Notes: generated by a model from the sequence alone, not told the origin. Counted from the stretch's first letter, positions 14,475 to 25,898 are shown. The stretch: 64,000 bases of DNA from Candidatus Aminicenantes bacterium (GCA_963702005.1 OY969696.1:960001-1024000); one strand, 5' to 3'. Program-made: numbers and translations.

Positions 14475-14567
14475 TCTTTTCGACACGGATAAAGGATGAA
14501 GGGGCCCAAGCCCTGATCGGCAGATACTCCTCTCCTTTATTACGATCGACATCTTTTCTTTAGGGAC

Positions 14568-14603
14568 GTACTCATGAGACCGTGTCAACGGCTCCATGAG
14601 TGC
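14568..14603. repeat. 36-bp CATGAG-family palindrome; near-identical copies at 15002-15037, 26850-26885, 30196-30231
   Basis: GTACTCATGAG.CCGT.TCAACGGCTCCATGAGTGC hairpin. Confidence 0.85.
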
Positions 14604-14628
14604 GGACCCTTCGTCAAAGGAGACGAGT

Positions 14629-14958
14629 ATGAACATCTATGTCGGCAACCTGTCTTTCAACGTGGCCGAAGCGGACCTCAAGGACTTGTTCAGCCAACAC
14701 GGCACGGTCCAGACGGCCTCCGTCATCAAGGACAAGTATTCGGGCGAATCGCGGGGCTTCGGCTTCGTGGAGATGCCCGAGAAGGAAGAGGCCCTCAAGG
14801 CCATTTCCGCGCTCAACGGCAAGGACCTCAAGGGCCGCGCCCTCAAGGTCAACGAGGCCCAGGCCCGGACCGACCGGCCCCGCACGGGCGGGTTCGGCGG
14901 CGGCGGTGGCCGCGGCGGGTTCGGTGGCGGAGGCGGCGGCCGCGGCGGCCGCTATTAA
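14629..14958 (+). CDS. RRM-domain RNA-binding protein with Gly-rich tail (intact copy)
   Basis: RNP2 IYVGNL and RNP1 RGFGFVEM; AAGGAG RBS. Confidence 0.96.
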   Translation: MNIYVGNLSFNVAEADLKDLFSQHGTVQTASVIKDKYSGESRGFGFVEMPEKEEALKAISALNGKDLKGRALKVNEAQARTDRPRTGGFGGGGGRGGFGGGGGGRGGRY

Positions 14959-15077
14959 TAAAGCCGCGTTAGCGACTTCATTAGTGTGACTATTGCGGCC
15001 TGTACTCATGAGTCCGTATCAACGGCTCCATGAGTGCGGCCGGTACTGATCGCTTAATCAAGAAGCGAATTCGCCAA

Positions 15078-15113
15078 GGGCGGATGTCCCGCAAGGGGCC
15101 TCCGCCTTTTTTT
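15078..15113 (+). terminator. intrinsic terminator of RRM gene
   Basis: GGGCGGA-TG-TCCC-GCAA-GGGG-CC-TCCGCC followed by T run; copies at 26925, 29274, 30272, 41999, 46752 and diverged at 52315. Confidence 0.9.
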
Positions 15114-15160
15114 ATTTATGGGGGGATTTCCGGCACGCTTTTTGAATCAGGCTTCCCGAT

Positions 15161-15909
15161 GTGCCGGGAATCTATCGTCCTCGCCATCCGGAGCGCACGG
15201 TCCTGTACCGGGTGCTGTTCCATAACTTCGACCGGTTCCTGGCCGAATACGGAGGAGTGGGGCGAATGGGTTCGGGAAACCCCGCTCCTCGACGTGCCGC
15301 ACCGCCAGGTTGTCTTCACGATCCCCAAAACGCTTAGGATCTTCACCTCCATTTCCTGGTGAACGAGGGCGGGGTGGACGGGGCCGGGGTCTTCCACAGG
15401 CTGCCGCGTTTGAACGACGCTCGGCTGGCGGAGATCTTCGGCCGGGAGGTGCTCAAGCTACTCGTCGACAAGGGATTGCTCAGCCCGGAGTGGGCGGAAC
15501 GGATCTTGTCCTGGAGGCACACGGGCTTCAACGTCCACAGCCGGGTCCGGGCCAGGACAAAAGCCGAAGCTGAGCGTGTCTGGAAATACATGATCCGGTC
15601 GGTGCGGGCCCTGGAGCGGCTCTTGTTCCTGGAGAGCGAGGGGAAGGTCGGCTATCGTCACGGCCCCGATGGCGCCGAGCTCGAGCGGATGGACTATCTG
15701 GAGTTCATCGCCAGGGTGACCTCTGGAGGAGAGGTCTGGCGGATTTCCGGCACTTTGGAGCGTCCCCGCGGCCTTTGAGTCCGCCTTCAGCTATTTCGGC
15801 AACTTGACATCCTTTCAGATCATGTTTTATCATCCCGGACGAGGGGAAGAGGCAAAACCGGCGCTTGCACGCCCATTTAGCTGGCGCAGCAGAAAACGAA
15901 TTTCTTATC
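15161..15909 (+). pseudogene. internally deleted IS91-family (Y2 HUH) transposase relic with oriIS-like end
   Basis: Collinear pieces in different frames: [58 protein letters not shown]; ends AAAACGAATTTCTTATC. Confidence 0.8.
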
Positions 15910-16149
15910 AACAGCCTGTATTGACCAGTGACTAATGCCTGGATCTATGCTTCCTCACTATGGTTGGAGGGGCAAGAGAGGTAAAAATGCAATCGTTGCC
16001 GGCGGACCCTAAAAACCAAATTCCTATAGATAATCCCATGCATAATTTGACATTGGATCCTGTTCAGGATTATCATCCCTAAAAATGGGATGGGGCAAAA
16101 AAGAAAATCGTTATTTCTTCATCCCAACTGTCGCAAAAAGGAGGTTTTC

Positions 16150-16689
16150 ATGAAAAAGATTTGGGGGAAGAGTGTTTTTGTCGGAGTTTCTATTTTGGCT
16201 GTCTGTGCAATGTTTTTGGCGTCACAGCCGACTCCCGCAAAGATTCGAGTAGGGACATTTGATTCCCGGGCTGTCGCCATAGCGTATGCTCGATCCGCCA
16301 TGTTTGCCCCAATCATGAAGGGTTGGAAGGATAAATACGAAAAAGCCAAGGCTGAGAAAAATGAGGCGGTGATCAAAGAATGTGAAGCCTGGGGCCCCAA
16401 TTATCATAGATTCCAGATGCTCCAGGGCTTCAGTATAGCCTCAGTTGCTGATATCCTTGAAAAGGTCAAAGATCAGCTGCCCAAGGCAGCCCAAGAGGCT
16501 GGTGTTGATATTCTTGTGAGCAAATGGGAACTTGCCTACCAGAACCCATCCATAGAGATTGTCGATGCGACATCTCATCTGGTAAAGTTATTCAATCCCG
16601 ACGAACGGACACTCAAGATAATCGAAGGACTGTCAAAGCAGCCGCCCATTCCATTATTCGAAGCGCTGCAAATGAAGGAAGAAGAATAA
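16150..16689 (+). CDS. secreted hypothetical protein
   Basis: GGAGG RBS, signal peptide, upstream TTGACA-N18-TATCAT (16047-16076). Confidence 0.8.
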   Translation: MKKIWGKSVFVGVSILAVCAMFLASQPTPAKIRVGTFDSRAVAIAYARSAMFAPIMKGWKDKYEKAKAEKNEAVIKECEAWGPNYHRFQMLQGFSIASVADILEKVKDQLPKAAQEAGVDILVSKWELAYQNPSIEIVDATSHLVKLFNPDERTLKIIEGLSKQPPIPLFEALQMKEEE

Positions 16690-16781
16690 GAAGCAGTCCG
16701 GGCTTCACCGAGGCTGAGGATGCCGGGAAGAAGCTGGCTATGGTGAAAAGCTAGGCAAAAGACCGAAAGGAGGTGAAAATC

Positions 16782-17180
16782 ATGATTGAAAGAGTCCATC
16801 AGCATATCATCGAGGAACTCCAACAGAACGCGCGCACGGATACGATCTTCATCATTACGTCAATTCTTCTCAACCTTCTAACTCTGGCCGTCAACTCCGG
16901 CGTCGCCCAGGGGAAGAGCGCAAACCGCACGATTGTCATGCTCGTTTTTGTGAGTCTGACGATTGTGGTCAATCTCGTGGTCATCATCGGTATCCTCAAG
17001 GGAAAGCAGACCAGATCACGGCTTCTCAGTGGACTGATCAAGATGTATAAAGACCAGGGAGTGGACGGCTACTATGATCCCTCACTCCTGGGCAATTACA
17101 GCACGAGGTACAATCTCTTCATCCTTGTCGTTGTGTTCGTCGGCTTGATCGCTATTATCGTTCCGTTCATTAGCAAATAA
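16782..17180 (+). CDS. hypothetical membrane protein (about 3 TM)
   Basis: AGGAGGTG RBS; three hydrophobic segments. Confidence 0.8.
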   Translation: MIERVHQHIIEELQQNARTDTIFIITSILLNLLTLAVNSGVAQGKSANRTIVMLVFVSLTIVVNLVVIIGILKGKQTRSRLLSGLIKMYKDQGVDGYYDPSLLGNYSTRYNLFILVVVFVGLIAIIVPFISK

Positions 17181-17715
17181 GAACGAAAACTCTGACGCGT
17201 CAACAATCAATCTGACGCGGTTCAGTAGGCGTATCTTACGGCGAAAACTTCGACAACGGCCCGAGCGGCTAGCTGGCCAACCGCTATGATCCGCTCCCGA
17301 TCATTGAGGGGTTCGCCTACTGCTACAGCCCGTGGTATCTCAACAGCTATCACGCTCCGCCGGGGGCCGGCTACCTCCACATGCTGATGTATCTCTATAC
17401 GAGCGATAAGTATGTCGGCGCCGACCGCAAATCCCACCTCCAGGGCAACCGGTTCATCGAGCAGAACAAGAGCACCGACCTGACCAACGCCCGGCCAATA
17501 TCGCGGCCGAGCTCGCGATCATCAGAATACGGCGTTGGTGCATACTCATGAACATTTTGGGATTCTTCCGTTTCCATTTCCCTCCACGGGGCGGTAACGC
17601 CTGTGGACGTCTTCTCGCCTGATTCGCACCTCTGAGATGGAGCTCTTCCCATTCCTTCAGGCAGACGCGGCCCGATCCATGACATTGGCCCGTTTCCGGG
17701 AGCTTTTCTCCGGCC

Positions 17716-18060
17716 ATGGCGGGAGAGTATCGTCCCCGGCATCCGGAGCGGACCGTCCTCTGCCGTGTGTTGTTCCACCATTTGGAGCGCTTCCTGGCCG
17801 AGTACGAGAGCCGCTTCGAGCGGGAGTACGGCTACTTCCGGCCGATCGTCAAAGAAGTCGTGGAGCGTTACCTCTATGGCGATCAGAAATTCGTCACTCC
17901 GGCTTGGGGCAAGACCGGCAACTACCATTTGAAAAGCGGCAGTCCGGCGATCAATCGAGGGACTGCGACCGGCGCGCCCAAAGATGATCTGGATCAGAAG
18001 AAGCGCGATTCCAAACCCGATATAGGCGCTTACGAATTTGGGGCGACCGGCCGGAAATAA
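17716..18060 (+). pseudogene. chimera: IS91-like transposase N-terminus fused to C-terminal choice-of-anchor-Q/beta-helix fragment
   Basis: [15 protein letters not shown]...KEVVERYL (homologous to 15161) joined to [13 protein letters not shown]...PDIGAYEF. Confidence 0.7.
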
Positions 18061-18150
18061 GGGAAAGGTTGTCTTTCCAATTCAGAAAACCCGGAGGTTA
18101 AAGCCGGCCTCGAACGTCCGTCCCCGCCAGGGATATCCCGGCCCGGTATA

Positions 18151-18228
18151 GTTGAAGACCTAACGGGGGAAACGCTTGTCCCCGGTATCGTTGCCGCCGT
18201 CCAGACCTTCGGGGACCGGATCAACTGG
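18151..18228 (+). pseudogene. IS91-like transposase internal fragment
   Basis: Translates LVPGIVAAVQTFGDRINW, the segment preceding the HUH motif. Confidence 0.6.
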
Positions 18229-18434
18229 GGCCGGGAGGCGGCCGGACTTGATGAGAGGAAAAGCCCGAGCTTTTTTTGTGTCACGTCAATCCCCGATTTG
18301 CTCAAAGACCAATCCCCCGGCCATTTTTCAGGGACATTTCGGCGGTGCCGGCTTGTGATGTTGTGTCAGACGTTCATTGGTGAGAAAATAGCGCGGACGG
18401 AATTTCCGAGGCTGGCTTCGCTGAAGGAGGAACA

Positions 18435-19313
18435 ATGAAAAAATCTCTGCTGGTCGTTTTGGCCGTTGTCCTGGTCTTTGCGATCGTCGCAGCGGCCCAG
18501 CAACCGGCCCAGAAACTCAAGGTCTTCATTTCCGTTGACATGGAAGGGGTCAGTGGGCTCGTCAATTGGGATGAAACGGATAACAAGGGCTTTGATTATC
18601 CGCTTTTTCGGAAACTGATGACAGAGGAAGCCAACGCGGCTATCTCAGGCGCTCTCGCGGCGGGAGCGACTGAGATCGTCGTCCGGGATGCCCATGATAG
18701 CGCCCGAAACATCCTGCCGGACCTGCTCAGACCCGAAGCGCAGCTCATCCGTGAATGGAGCGGGCCGCTGAGCATGATGGAGGGCATCGACAAGTCGTTC
18801 GACGCGGTCGTTTTCATCGGCTACCATGCCCGGGCCGGGACGCCGAATGCCGTCCTCAAGCACACGATGAGCCTTTCCGTCTTTGACCTTATCCTTAACG
18901 GCGTCCGCCTGCCGGAGGCCGGTTGGAACGCCGCCATCGCCGGCTATTTCGACGTCCCCGTCGTGTTCCTTTCCGGCGACGCCGCCATCTGCAGCCAAGC
19001 CCGGGAAATCATCGGGAACATTGAGACGGTTGCCGTTAAAGAGGGCATCGGCAAGGCGGCCAAGATGATTCATCCTTCGAAGTCCCAGGAGCTCATCAAG
19101 AAGGGGGTCGCCGCGGCCCTGAGGAACCTCAAGGCTTACAAACCCTACAAGCCGACGCCTCCCTACAAGCTGGAGATCGTTTTCACCGAAGAAAACCTGG
19201 CCCAGGCCGCATCATGGGTTCCCGGCGCGATCCGGACGGGCGAACGGTCCGTGGCATTCACGTCCTCCGACTTTATGGATATCATCAAGTATTTCCACGT
19301 CGTCGGGCTCTAA
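18435..19313 (+). CDS. M55 family D-aminopeptidase (DppA-like) with signal peptide
   Basis: ISVDMEG, DAH, IGYHA, HT motifs. Confidence 0.92.
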   Translation: MKKSLLVVLAVVLVFAIVAAAQQPAQKLKVFISVDMEGVSGLVNWDETDNKGFDYPLFRKLMTEEANAAISGALAAGATEIVVRDAHDSARNILPDLLRPEAQLIREWSGPLSMMEGIDKSFDAVVFIGYHARAGTPNAVLKHTMSLSVFDLILNGVRLPEAGWNAAIAGYFDVPVVFLSGDAAICSQAREIIGNIETVAVKEGIGKAAKMIHPSKSQELIKKGVAAALRNLKAYKPYKPTPPYKLEIVFTEENLAQAASWVPGAIRTGERSVAFTSSDFMDIIKYFHVVGL

Positions 19314-19385
19314 GGACTGACGTCAACGACGTTTTTCCGATCGATCCAGCGACGAATGACGGACATGGGAACCGTGTGAGATCAT

Positions 19386-21488
19386 ATGAAATCTCCCCTG
19401 AGCGGGCGAATCGCCGGCGATGTCGTCAGGTGGTGTTCGGCGTTTTCGTTGGTCCTATCGCTTGGTGTTTGGCCCGGTCAGGCGGCCGGCAAGGACCTTC
19501 CCCCAAAGTACCGTGCCTGGCTTCAAGAAGAGGTTGTCTACATCATCACTCCCCGGGAAAAAGATGTTTTTCTCCGGCTCGAGACGGACAGAGAGCGCGA
19601 CCTTTTCATTGAGGCCTTTTGGAAGCAGCGGGATCCGACTCCGGGGACGCCGGAAAACGAGTTCAAGACCGAACACTATCGTCGGCTCAACTACGCCAAC
19701 ACCCACTTTGGCAGGCAGTCACCCATTCCCGGCTGGAGAACGGACCGGGGCCGGATCTATATCATCCTGGGAGAGCCAAACGACATCCAGCACTTCGAGG
19801 CCGGCCAGGAGACCTATCCGGCCGAGGTCTGGTTCTACCAGAACAAGGCGGAATTCGGGCTGCCTGCGGGTTTCAACATCGTCTTCTTCAAGGAGCATGG
19901 AAGCGGCGACTATAAGCTCTACAGCCCGGTCAGGGATGGCCCCCAGGCCTTCCTGGCGAATTATGTCGGGGACGTAGCCAACGTGACTGCGGCCTATCGG
20001 AAACTGCGGGTTCTCGAGCCCAGCCTGGCCCAAGTCTCCCTCTCGCTCATCCCGGGCGAGGATTCCACGGCCTTCGGCCGCCCATCTCTTTCCTCCGACC
20101 TTCTTCTCCAACAGGTGGAATCGCTCCCTGAAAAAACCGTCCGGGACCAGTATGCGCAAAGATTCCTCCAGTACAAGGATATCGTCGAGGTGGAGTATTC
20201 GGCGAACTATCTGGACAGCGATTCCGTCGTCAAGATTCTGAAGGCGTCTCCAATGGCGAACTGCATCCATTATTCAATCGAGCCCGCCAGGCTCTCGGTC
20301 AGTCAATACGGTGAAAAATACAGCACCACTCTGACCCTCAACGGGTCGGTCAAAGACGAAGCCGGAAAAGTCATCTACCAGTTCGATAAAACCCTTCCCG
20401 TCTCGTTCGGGGAGGAAGAGATGAAGAACATCAGCCGGCGGCCTTACGCCGTCTACGATGTCTTCCCCCTAATTCCAGGATCATACGACCTCTCCATCCT
20501 ACTCAAGAATGAGATCTCCAAGGAGTTCTGCTCGCTGGAGCGGAAGCTGGTCATCCCAGCCGAGGAATCCAGGGCCTGGGTGACGCCGCTCCTCCTCGGC
20601 TACCAAGCCGATAGGGTCGAGCCCGGCCGAAGCAGGCTCAAGCCGTTCCAGCTTGGCGGCCAGACGCTCTTGCTCCAGGCGAACCGGACCTTTGCCAAAT
20701 CCGAGGAGCTCGTCCTTGCCTTTCAGGTTTGGGGAGTTCCCCAGGGTCTTAAGGATAACGCCGAAATTGTCTTCACCTTCCTCAAGGATGCCCAGACCTT
20801 TAAGACTTATGCGAGACCGGCGGCGGGATACGCGGCCTTTCCCGACGTGATCGAAACTGTGCCCTTGGCTGAGTTCATCCCGGCGCACTATGAGATCCAG
20901 GTCTCGGTCCGCGCGACGGGGCAAGAGATCGCCGCCGCCAAAGACGAGTTCGACATCACACCCCGAGAAAAAGTCGCCCGGCCCTGGGTCATGGTGAAGA
21001 TCATGCCGGGTATCGATGACCCCGCCTATCCCTTCCTCATCGGAAACCAGCTTTTCAATGCCGGGCGCCTCAAAGAGGCGCACTCGCTCCTCGAGGAGGC
21101 CTTCAAGAAAAGGCCGGAAGATACGGACTACGCGCTCGCCCTGGCCCGGTCTGACATGGCGCTTCAAGACAACTCGAGGGTGGAGGCGCTTCTCCTTCCC
21201 TACTTCAATCAGGCCAAGCCGCCGCGCTATAACATGTTCGTCCTTCTGTCAAGCTCCTACCACCAGAAAGGGGAATGGGAAAAGGCTCTCAAGGTCATCG
21301 AACAGGGTATCTCACACTACGGGCTCAGCACCGGATTCCTGAACCTCCGCGGGGACTGCTATTTGAGGTTGGGGAACAAAGCCGAAGCGCTGGCCGCCCT
21401 TGAAAAATCGCTGGAGCTCAACCCCAATCAGCCGGAAGTCCAGAAGGTCGTCAATTCTCTCAAACAGAAGAACACGACAGCCAGCTGA
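19386..21488 (+). CDS. GWxTD domain protein with C-terminal TPRs
   Basis: FWKQRDPTPGT.ENE, GWRTDRGRIYI.LG.P; TPR tail. Confidence 0.92.
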   Translation: MKSPLSGRIAGDVVRWCSAFSLVLSLGVWPGQAAGKDLPPKYRAWLQEEVVYIITPREKDVFLRLETDRERDLFIEAFWKQRDPTPGTPENEFKTEHYRRLNYANTHFGRQSPIPGWRTDRGRIYIILGEPNDIQHFEAGQETYPAEVWFYQNKAEFGLPAGFNIVFFKEHGSGDYKLYSPVRDGPQAFLANYVGDVANVTAAYRKLRVLEPSLAQVSLSLIPGEDSTAFGRPSLSSDLLLQQVESLPEKTVRDQYAQRFLQYKDIVEVEYSANYLDSDSVVKILKASPMANCIHYSIEPARLSVSQYGEKYSTTLTLNGSVKDEAGKVIYQFDKTLPVSFGEEEMKNISRRPYAVYDVFPLIPGSYDLSILLKNEISKEFCSLERKLVIPAEESRAWVTPLLLGYQADRVEPGRSRLKPFQLGGQTLLLQANRTFAKSEELVLAFQVWGVPQGLKDNAEIVFTFLKDAQTFKTYARPAAGYAAFPDVIETVPLAEFIPAHYEIQVSVRATGQEIAAAKDEFDITPREKVARPWVMVKIMPGIDDPAYPFLIGNQLFNAGRLKEAHSLLEEAFKKRPEDTDYALALARSDMALQDNSRVEALLLPYFNQAKPPRYNMFVLLSSSYHQKGEWEKALKVIEQGISHYGLSTGFLNLRGDCYLRLGNKAEALAALEKSLELNPNQPEVQKVVNSLKQKNTTAS

Positions 21489-21637
21489 AGCACGACACGA
21501 TAAATTTCGGCTCTGATTTTGAGAGCGCCACATTTTCGCTTGACATTCCATGCGGCATTTTGTATCTAGTAATCACAAAGGGGAATACGTGCATAGAGAC
21601 CCTTGAAGAGGGAATTCGAAATGCGAGGGGAGAGATT

Positions 21638-24382
21638 ATGAAAAAATCGCAGGCCTTTCTTTTTCTCGTCCTTTTCGCCGTTTTGTTTACCCTTAGCGCC
21701 TCTGTTCTTGAAGCGCAGCGGCTGACCGGCATCATCCGCGGAACGGTCACGGACGAAGAAGGCGAGCGGCTTCCCGGCGTGACCATTGCCGTCCAGAGCC
21801 CCGCCCTCATTGGCGGCGCCAAAACGGCGGTCACTCCGGCCAGCGGCACTTTCCTTTTCCCGGCGCTACCCCCCGGTAAGTACACCGTCAATTTCACCAT
21901 GCCGGGATTTCAGCCGGTCATGAGAGAGAATATCGTCGTCTCGGTCGACAGGACGGCGACCATCGATATCTCTTTAAGGCTGGCCGTCCTGAAAGAGGAA
22001 GTCACAGTTGTCAGCCAGTCCCCTGTTGTGGACATAACAAAATCCGGCATCTCCACAGTCTACGACCAGCAGCTCTTGGAGAGCGTCCCTAAAGCGCGTT
22101 TCACCTATTTGGATATCATGTACTGGGCCCCTGGGGTTTCGATGAACGAGAACGCTACCGAGGAATGGCATTCATCATTCGGCTCGACGTTCGCGTCGGA
22201 CAACTACCTGGTCGACGGGGTCGACACTTCCTTCGACTGGAACGGCACGACCTGGGTCTGGAACAACCCCGATATCTACGCAGAAGGAGAGGTTGTGGCC
22301 ATCGGCGCGCCGGCGGAGTACGGAGATTTCCAGGGCGCCGTGGTCAACGTGGTCACCAAGTCCGGCGGCAACGATTTTCACGGGGGACTTAGCTTCTACG
22401 CTGTTCCCAGCCCCTTTGTAGGCAAAAACGTGGAAGGCGCCGAGTTTCCCTACCATATCGGCAAAAACTGGGACGCCAGCTTTGACCTCTCCGGCCGGAT
22501 TGTCAAGGACAAGATCTGGTACTACGGCAATGCCCAGTGGAAGAAATACGAATACTCCCAGCTGGGAACAGACCCGGCGTGGCCGACCAAAGCGGACTAT
22601 AAAAGGTTTTTCGTCAAGGGCACTTTCCAGCTGGCCAAGAATCACAAGCTGGTCGTCTCCTACCAGCATGAATGGTCCCAACTTCCAGATGTCATCACTC
22701 CCTCCGTGCCATTCGACGCGTGCGGTTCAGAACCTGGGAATTACGGCGTTCCCAACATCATGCTGACTTCCGTCCTCAGTCCTAACACAATTCTCGAATT
22801 TAAGGTCGGCGGCTGGTTTGTCAATGACAACTGGAAGCCGCTGGACGGCAACTTGAACGAGTCGCTCTACCGCGACATAGGAACCGGAGTCGATGCGCAC
22901 GGCATCTGGACCTGGAGCGAATCCAAATACACCAAGCTACAGATCAACGCCTCGGTGTCTCATTTCGCCGACGATTTCATCAAGGGCAACCACGAATTTA
23001 AGGCGGGAGTCCAGTACACCCGAGGGAGCGCTAAAACCATCGGTTCCTATTCCGGTGGTGCGGTATATTATCTCATGAATGGAGAGCCTTACTGCGCATA
23101 TTTCCAGGCTCCCTACAGCGATGGCGAAGTCATCAACAAGCTGGGAGTGTTCTTCGACGACGCCTGGACGATCACCAAACGCCTGACCCTCAACCTGGGG
23201 CTCCGCTTTGACCATCAGGACGGCAACATCCTGTCGGTCGACAAAATCGACATCAATATGAAGAAGACCGGGGAAAAGACACCCGGATTTGACAATGTTC
23301 TTGTTTGGAATACCTGGTCTCCGCGGCTGGGCCTGGTTTATCAGCTGACCTCGGACATGAAGACCATCCTGAGGGTCAACTACGGCCATTATTACGATGG
23401 GATGACCCAGGATTCGTTTGCTAGGATGAGCAAAGGTTATCCGACCGTCTATACTTACGGCTATAACCCGGATACGGGCAAATACGATGACTTTTGGGGT
23501 TCCTTCGACCCGGCCGCCGGCTATGTTATGGGCAAACCCAAGAACAGCCTATGCCGGCAGTTCTCGGTGGGCGTCACGCGTGAGATCATCACCGACCTGG
23601 CCCTCGAATTGACCTATGTCTATAAATATACCGACAACTTTGCGACCTGGTGGAACACAACGGCCCAGTTCGAGGAGGTCCCGTTTTACGATGAATATGC
23701 CCAAAAGGTCATCACTGTTTATAATCAAACAACACCGCTCGAAAACGATATCTTTACATATCAAAATCTTTCCGAGTTCAAACAAAAATACCGGGGTTTG
23801 ATCATCGGCCTCCAAAAGAGGCTTTCCCACAATTGGCTGATGAACAGCTCGTTTGTCTGGTCGAAGGCGAACGGCATGTCCGGCCTCAATCAACTGACCC
23901 AACAATCGGGGACGAGGACCGGAATCCAGAATCCCAACTCGCTCATTAACAATAACTGGGACAGCTTCCTCCAGAGCGACCGGACCTATATGTTCAAGCT
24001 GCAGGGGACTTATTTCCTGCCCGCCGAATTCAGCGTCAGCGCGAATTTCGTCGCCCAAACGGGGAAGCCGATTGCCAGGCTTATTCCCCTTGTCAGTACT
24101 GACGAGTATCCTCTGAACGCGCAGAAGGTTAAACAGATCATGGGCGATTCCCGAGGATCCCATTTCAGGCTTGCCCCCTACTACATGCTCGACTTCAGGC
24201 TGGACAAGAGATTCAAGTTGGGTCGAGGGGCATCGGTCGATATTGCGGCCGACTTTTTTAACCTTCTGAATACCGACGCGATTACGGGGACAGTCGACAT
24301 CGGGACATCGAGCTGGTTTATGAAGCCTGATACAGTTACGCCTCCGCGCCGGATCCAGCTCAGCCTGCGTGTGATTTTCTAA
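21638..24382 (+). CDS. TonB-dependent receptor with carboxypeptidase-regulatory-like N-domain
   Basis: G.V.D..G..LPGV N-domain, VVNVVTKSGGN plug motif, SPRLG, C-terminal Phe. Confidence 0.92.
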   Translation: MKKSQAFLFLVLFAVLFTLSASVLEAQRLTGIIRGTVTDEEGERLPGVTIAVQSPALIGGAKTAVTPASGTFLFPALPPGKYTVNFTMPGFQPVMRENIVVSVDRTATIDISLRLAVLKEEVTVVSQSPVVDITKSGISTVYDQQLLESVPKARFTYLDIMYWAPGVSMNENATEEWHSSFGSTFASDNYLVDGVDTSFDWNGTTWVWNNPDIYAEGEVVAIGAPAEYGDFQGAVVNVVTKSGGNDFHGGLSFYAVPSPFVGKNVEGAEFPYHIGKNWDASFDLSGRIVKDKIWYYGNAQWKKYEYSQLGTDPAWPTKADYKRFFVKGTFQLAKNHKLVVSYQHEWSQLPDVITPSVPFDACGSEPGNYGVPNIMLTSVLSPNTILEFKVGGWFVNDNWKPLDGNLNESLYRDIGTGVDAHGIWTWSESKYTKLQINASVSHFADDFIKGNHEFKAGVQYTRGSAKTIGSYSGGAVYYLMNGEPYCAYFQAPYSDGEVINKLGVFFDDAWTITKRLTLNLGLRFDHQDGNILSVDKIDINMKKTGEKTPGFDNVLVWNTWSPRLGLVYQLTSDMKTILRVNYGHYYDGMTQDSFARMSKGYPTVYTYGYNPDTGKYDDFWGSFDPAAGYVMGKPKNSLCRQFSVGVTREIITDLALELTYVYKYTDNFATWWNTTAQFEEVPFYDEYAQKVITVYNQTTPLENDIFTYQNLSEFKQKYRGLIIGLQKRLSHNWLMNSSFVWSKANGMSGLNQLTQQSGTRTGIQNPNSLINNNWDSFLQSDRTYMFKLQGTYFLPAEFSVSANFVAQTGKPIARLIPLVSTDEYPLNAQKVKQIMGDSRGSHFRLAPYYMLDFRLDKRFKLGRGASVDIAADFFNLLNTDAITGTVDIGTSSWFMKPDTVTPPRRIQLSLRVIF

Positions 24383-24407
24383 GTAGGGAGATCCCTGGCA
24401 ACTTCGG

Positions 24408-24438
24408 AGCTTCACCCGGCCGCTGCCGGGTGAGGCTC
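24408..24438 (+). terminator. hairpin after TonB receptor gene
   Basis: AGCTTCACCCGGC-CGCT-GCCGGGTGAGGCT inverted repeat; no clear U tract. Confidence 0.45.
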
Positions 24439-24615
24439 GAAACTTGGATTAGAAACCGAATTGTGATTAATTGATTCCGGCCTTCTTGGCTATATTCGCC
24501 GGTCGTTCTAGGGTAAGATATTTGTCAGGGATCGCAAAGTGTATAGGTCCATCGGCAGCCTGACCATGAATAAGAAAGGAATGAAAATAAAATGTACCAC
24601 GCCAGCGCACATACT

Positions 24616-25584
24616 ATGAAAATACGTTTTATCCTCACCGTGATTATAATCAGCGTCTTCATCATACAGCTCGCCGGGCAGGAGGGCATGGGGAAGGGAA
24701 GGATCAGCGGCACTGTGACCGATGAAAATGGGGCGCCGCTTGAGGGGGCATTGGTCATAGCCCAAAGCCTGCGCAGGCAGACCAAGCTCGAAGGCCGTTC
24801 GGACAGGAAGGGCAGGTTTGCGATCGCCGGACTGGGGGCCGGAAGTTGGCGCGTTACCGCATCCCAGGACGGTTATGAGAGTTCGAGCTTGGAGATGAAT
24901 ATCCGGCAGCTGGCCGGAAACACGCCCATTTCCTTTACGCTCAAGAAGGTCCGTGGCGCGGCCGCCGTCTCCTCGAACAAAGAAGCCCTGGCTATGCTCG
25001 ACCAGGGCAATGCTTTGCTTGCTCGGGAAAACTATGACCAGGCGCTCCGAATTTTCGAGGAATTCATGAGTCAATACCCCGAAATCTACCAGGTCCATCT
25101 CAACATCGGCACGTGTCATCTCAGGAAAGGGAACCTGGATAGAGCCGAGGCTGAGTTTGCGCTCGTCCTGGACAAGACGCTGGAGGTGCACGGCGACCTG
25201 AAGAAAGACACCGACGTGTCCCTCCGCGCCACGACGGGCCTGGGAGAAGTCTCCCTGCGCCGGGGCGATTTTGACGCCGCCCAGAAATATTTCACTCAGG
25301 CGCTCGACATCTCTCCCCAGGACCAAACGGCCGCCTATAATGTTGGAGAGCTGCTGTTTTCGAACCAGAAGATCGACGAGGCCATCCGCTATTTCGAGCT
25401 GGCCATTCAGATCAAGAAAGACTGGCCAAAGCCTTACCTGAAGCTGGGATACGTTTACCTGAACAAGGGGGATTTCGCCAAGTCCCTGGAAAATTTTGGC
25501 ACCTTTATCAAGCTCGACCCGGAGAACCCGGAGGTTGCCCAGGTCAAGAATATCATCGAGACGATCCAGAAAATGAAAAAATGA
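24616..25584 (+). CDS. secreted carboxypeptidase-regulatory-domain + TPR protein
   Basis: G.GRISG.V.DE.G.PLEG N-domain followed by TPR repeats; paralog of 59589-60506. Confidence 0.9.
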   Translation: MKIRFILTVIIISVFIIQLAGQEGMGKGRISGTVTDENGAPLEGALVIAQSLRRQTKLEGRSDRKGRFAIAGLGAGSWRVTASQDGYESSSLEMNIRQLAGNTPISFTLKKVRGAAAVSSNKEALAMLDQGNALLARENYDQALRIFEEFMSQYPEIYQVHLNIGTCHLRKGNLDRAEAEFALVLDKTLEVHGDLKKDTDVSLRATTGLGEVSLRRGDFDAAQKYFTQALDISPQDQTAAYNVGELLFSNQKIDEAIRYFELAIQIKKDWPKPYLKLGYVYLNKGDFAKSLENFGTFIKLDPENPEVAQVKNIIETIQKMKK

Positions 25585-25898
25585 CCCCCGGTGCGTGGAA
25601 GGACCTTGCCCTCCGCCTCCGGGCAGACCACGCGGCCTCAGAAAACGAGCTGGCGAGGCTCTTTTATCCTAACCTCCTGCCAATGTCTACTGAATGACCG
25701 GGAAACGGCCCGCGAGATCGTCTGGGAGACGATGCGCTGGCCTTTCCGCTCTCAGGACGGTGCTCGACCTCCTATTTCGAAAAGAAGAGATCGACTCCTG
25801 GCCCGAAGGGGGTTCTCATAAGCCAGCTCGGGCGACTCCTCTCTTTTACTACTCCCTCAAAATTGATTTTACCCCGGATGGTTATGATAAACTCTTCC

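Noticed and set aside
14886-14952. GGC-rich repeats
   Set aside because: Encode the ordinary Gly/Arg-rich tail of RRM proteins
25680-25760. LLNDRETAREIVWETM resembles ECF sigma region 2
   Set aside because: Too short and degenerate to support a call
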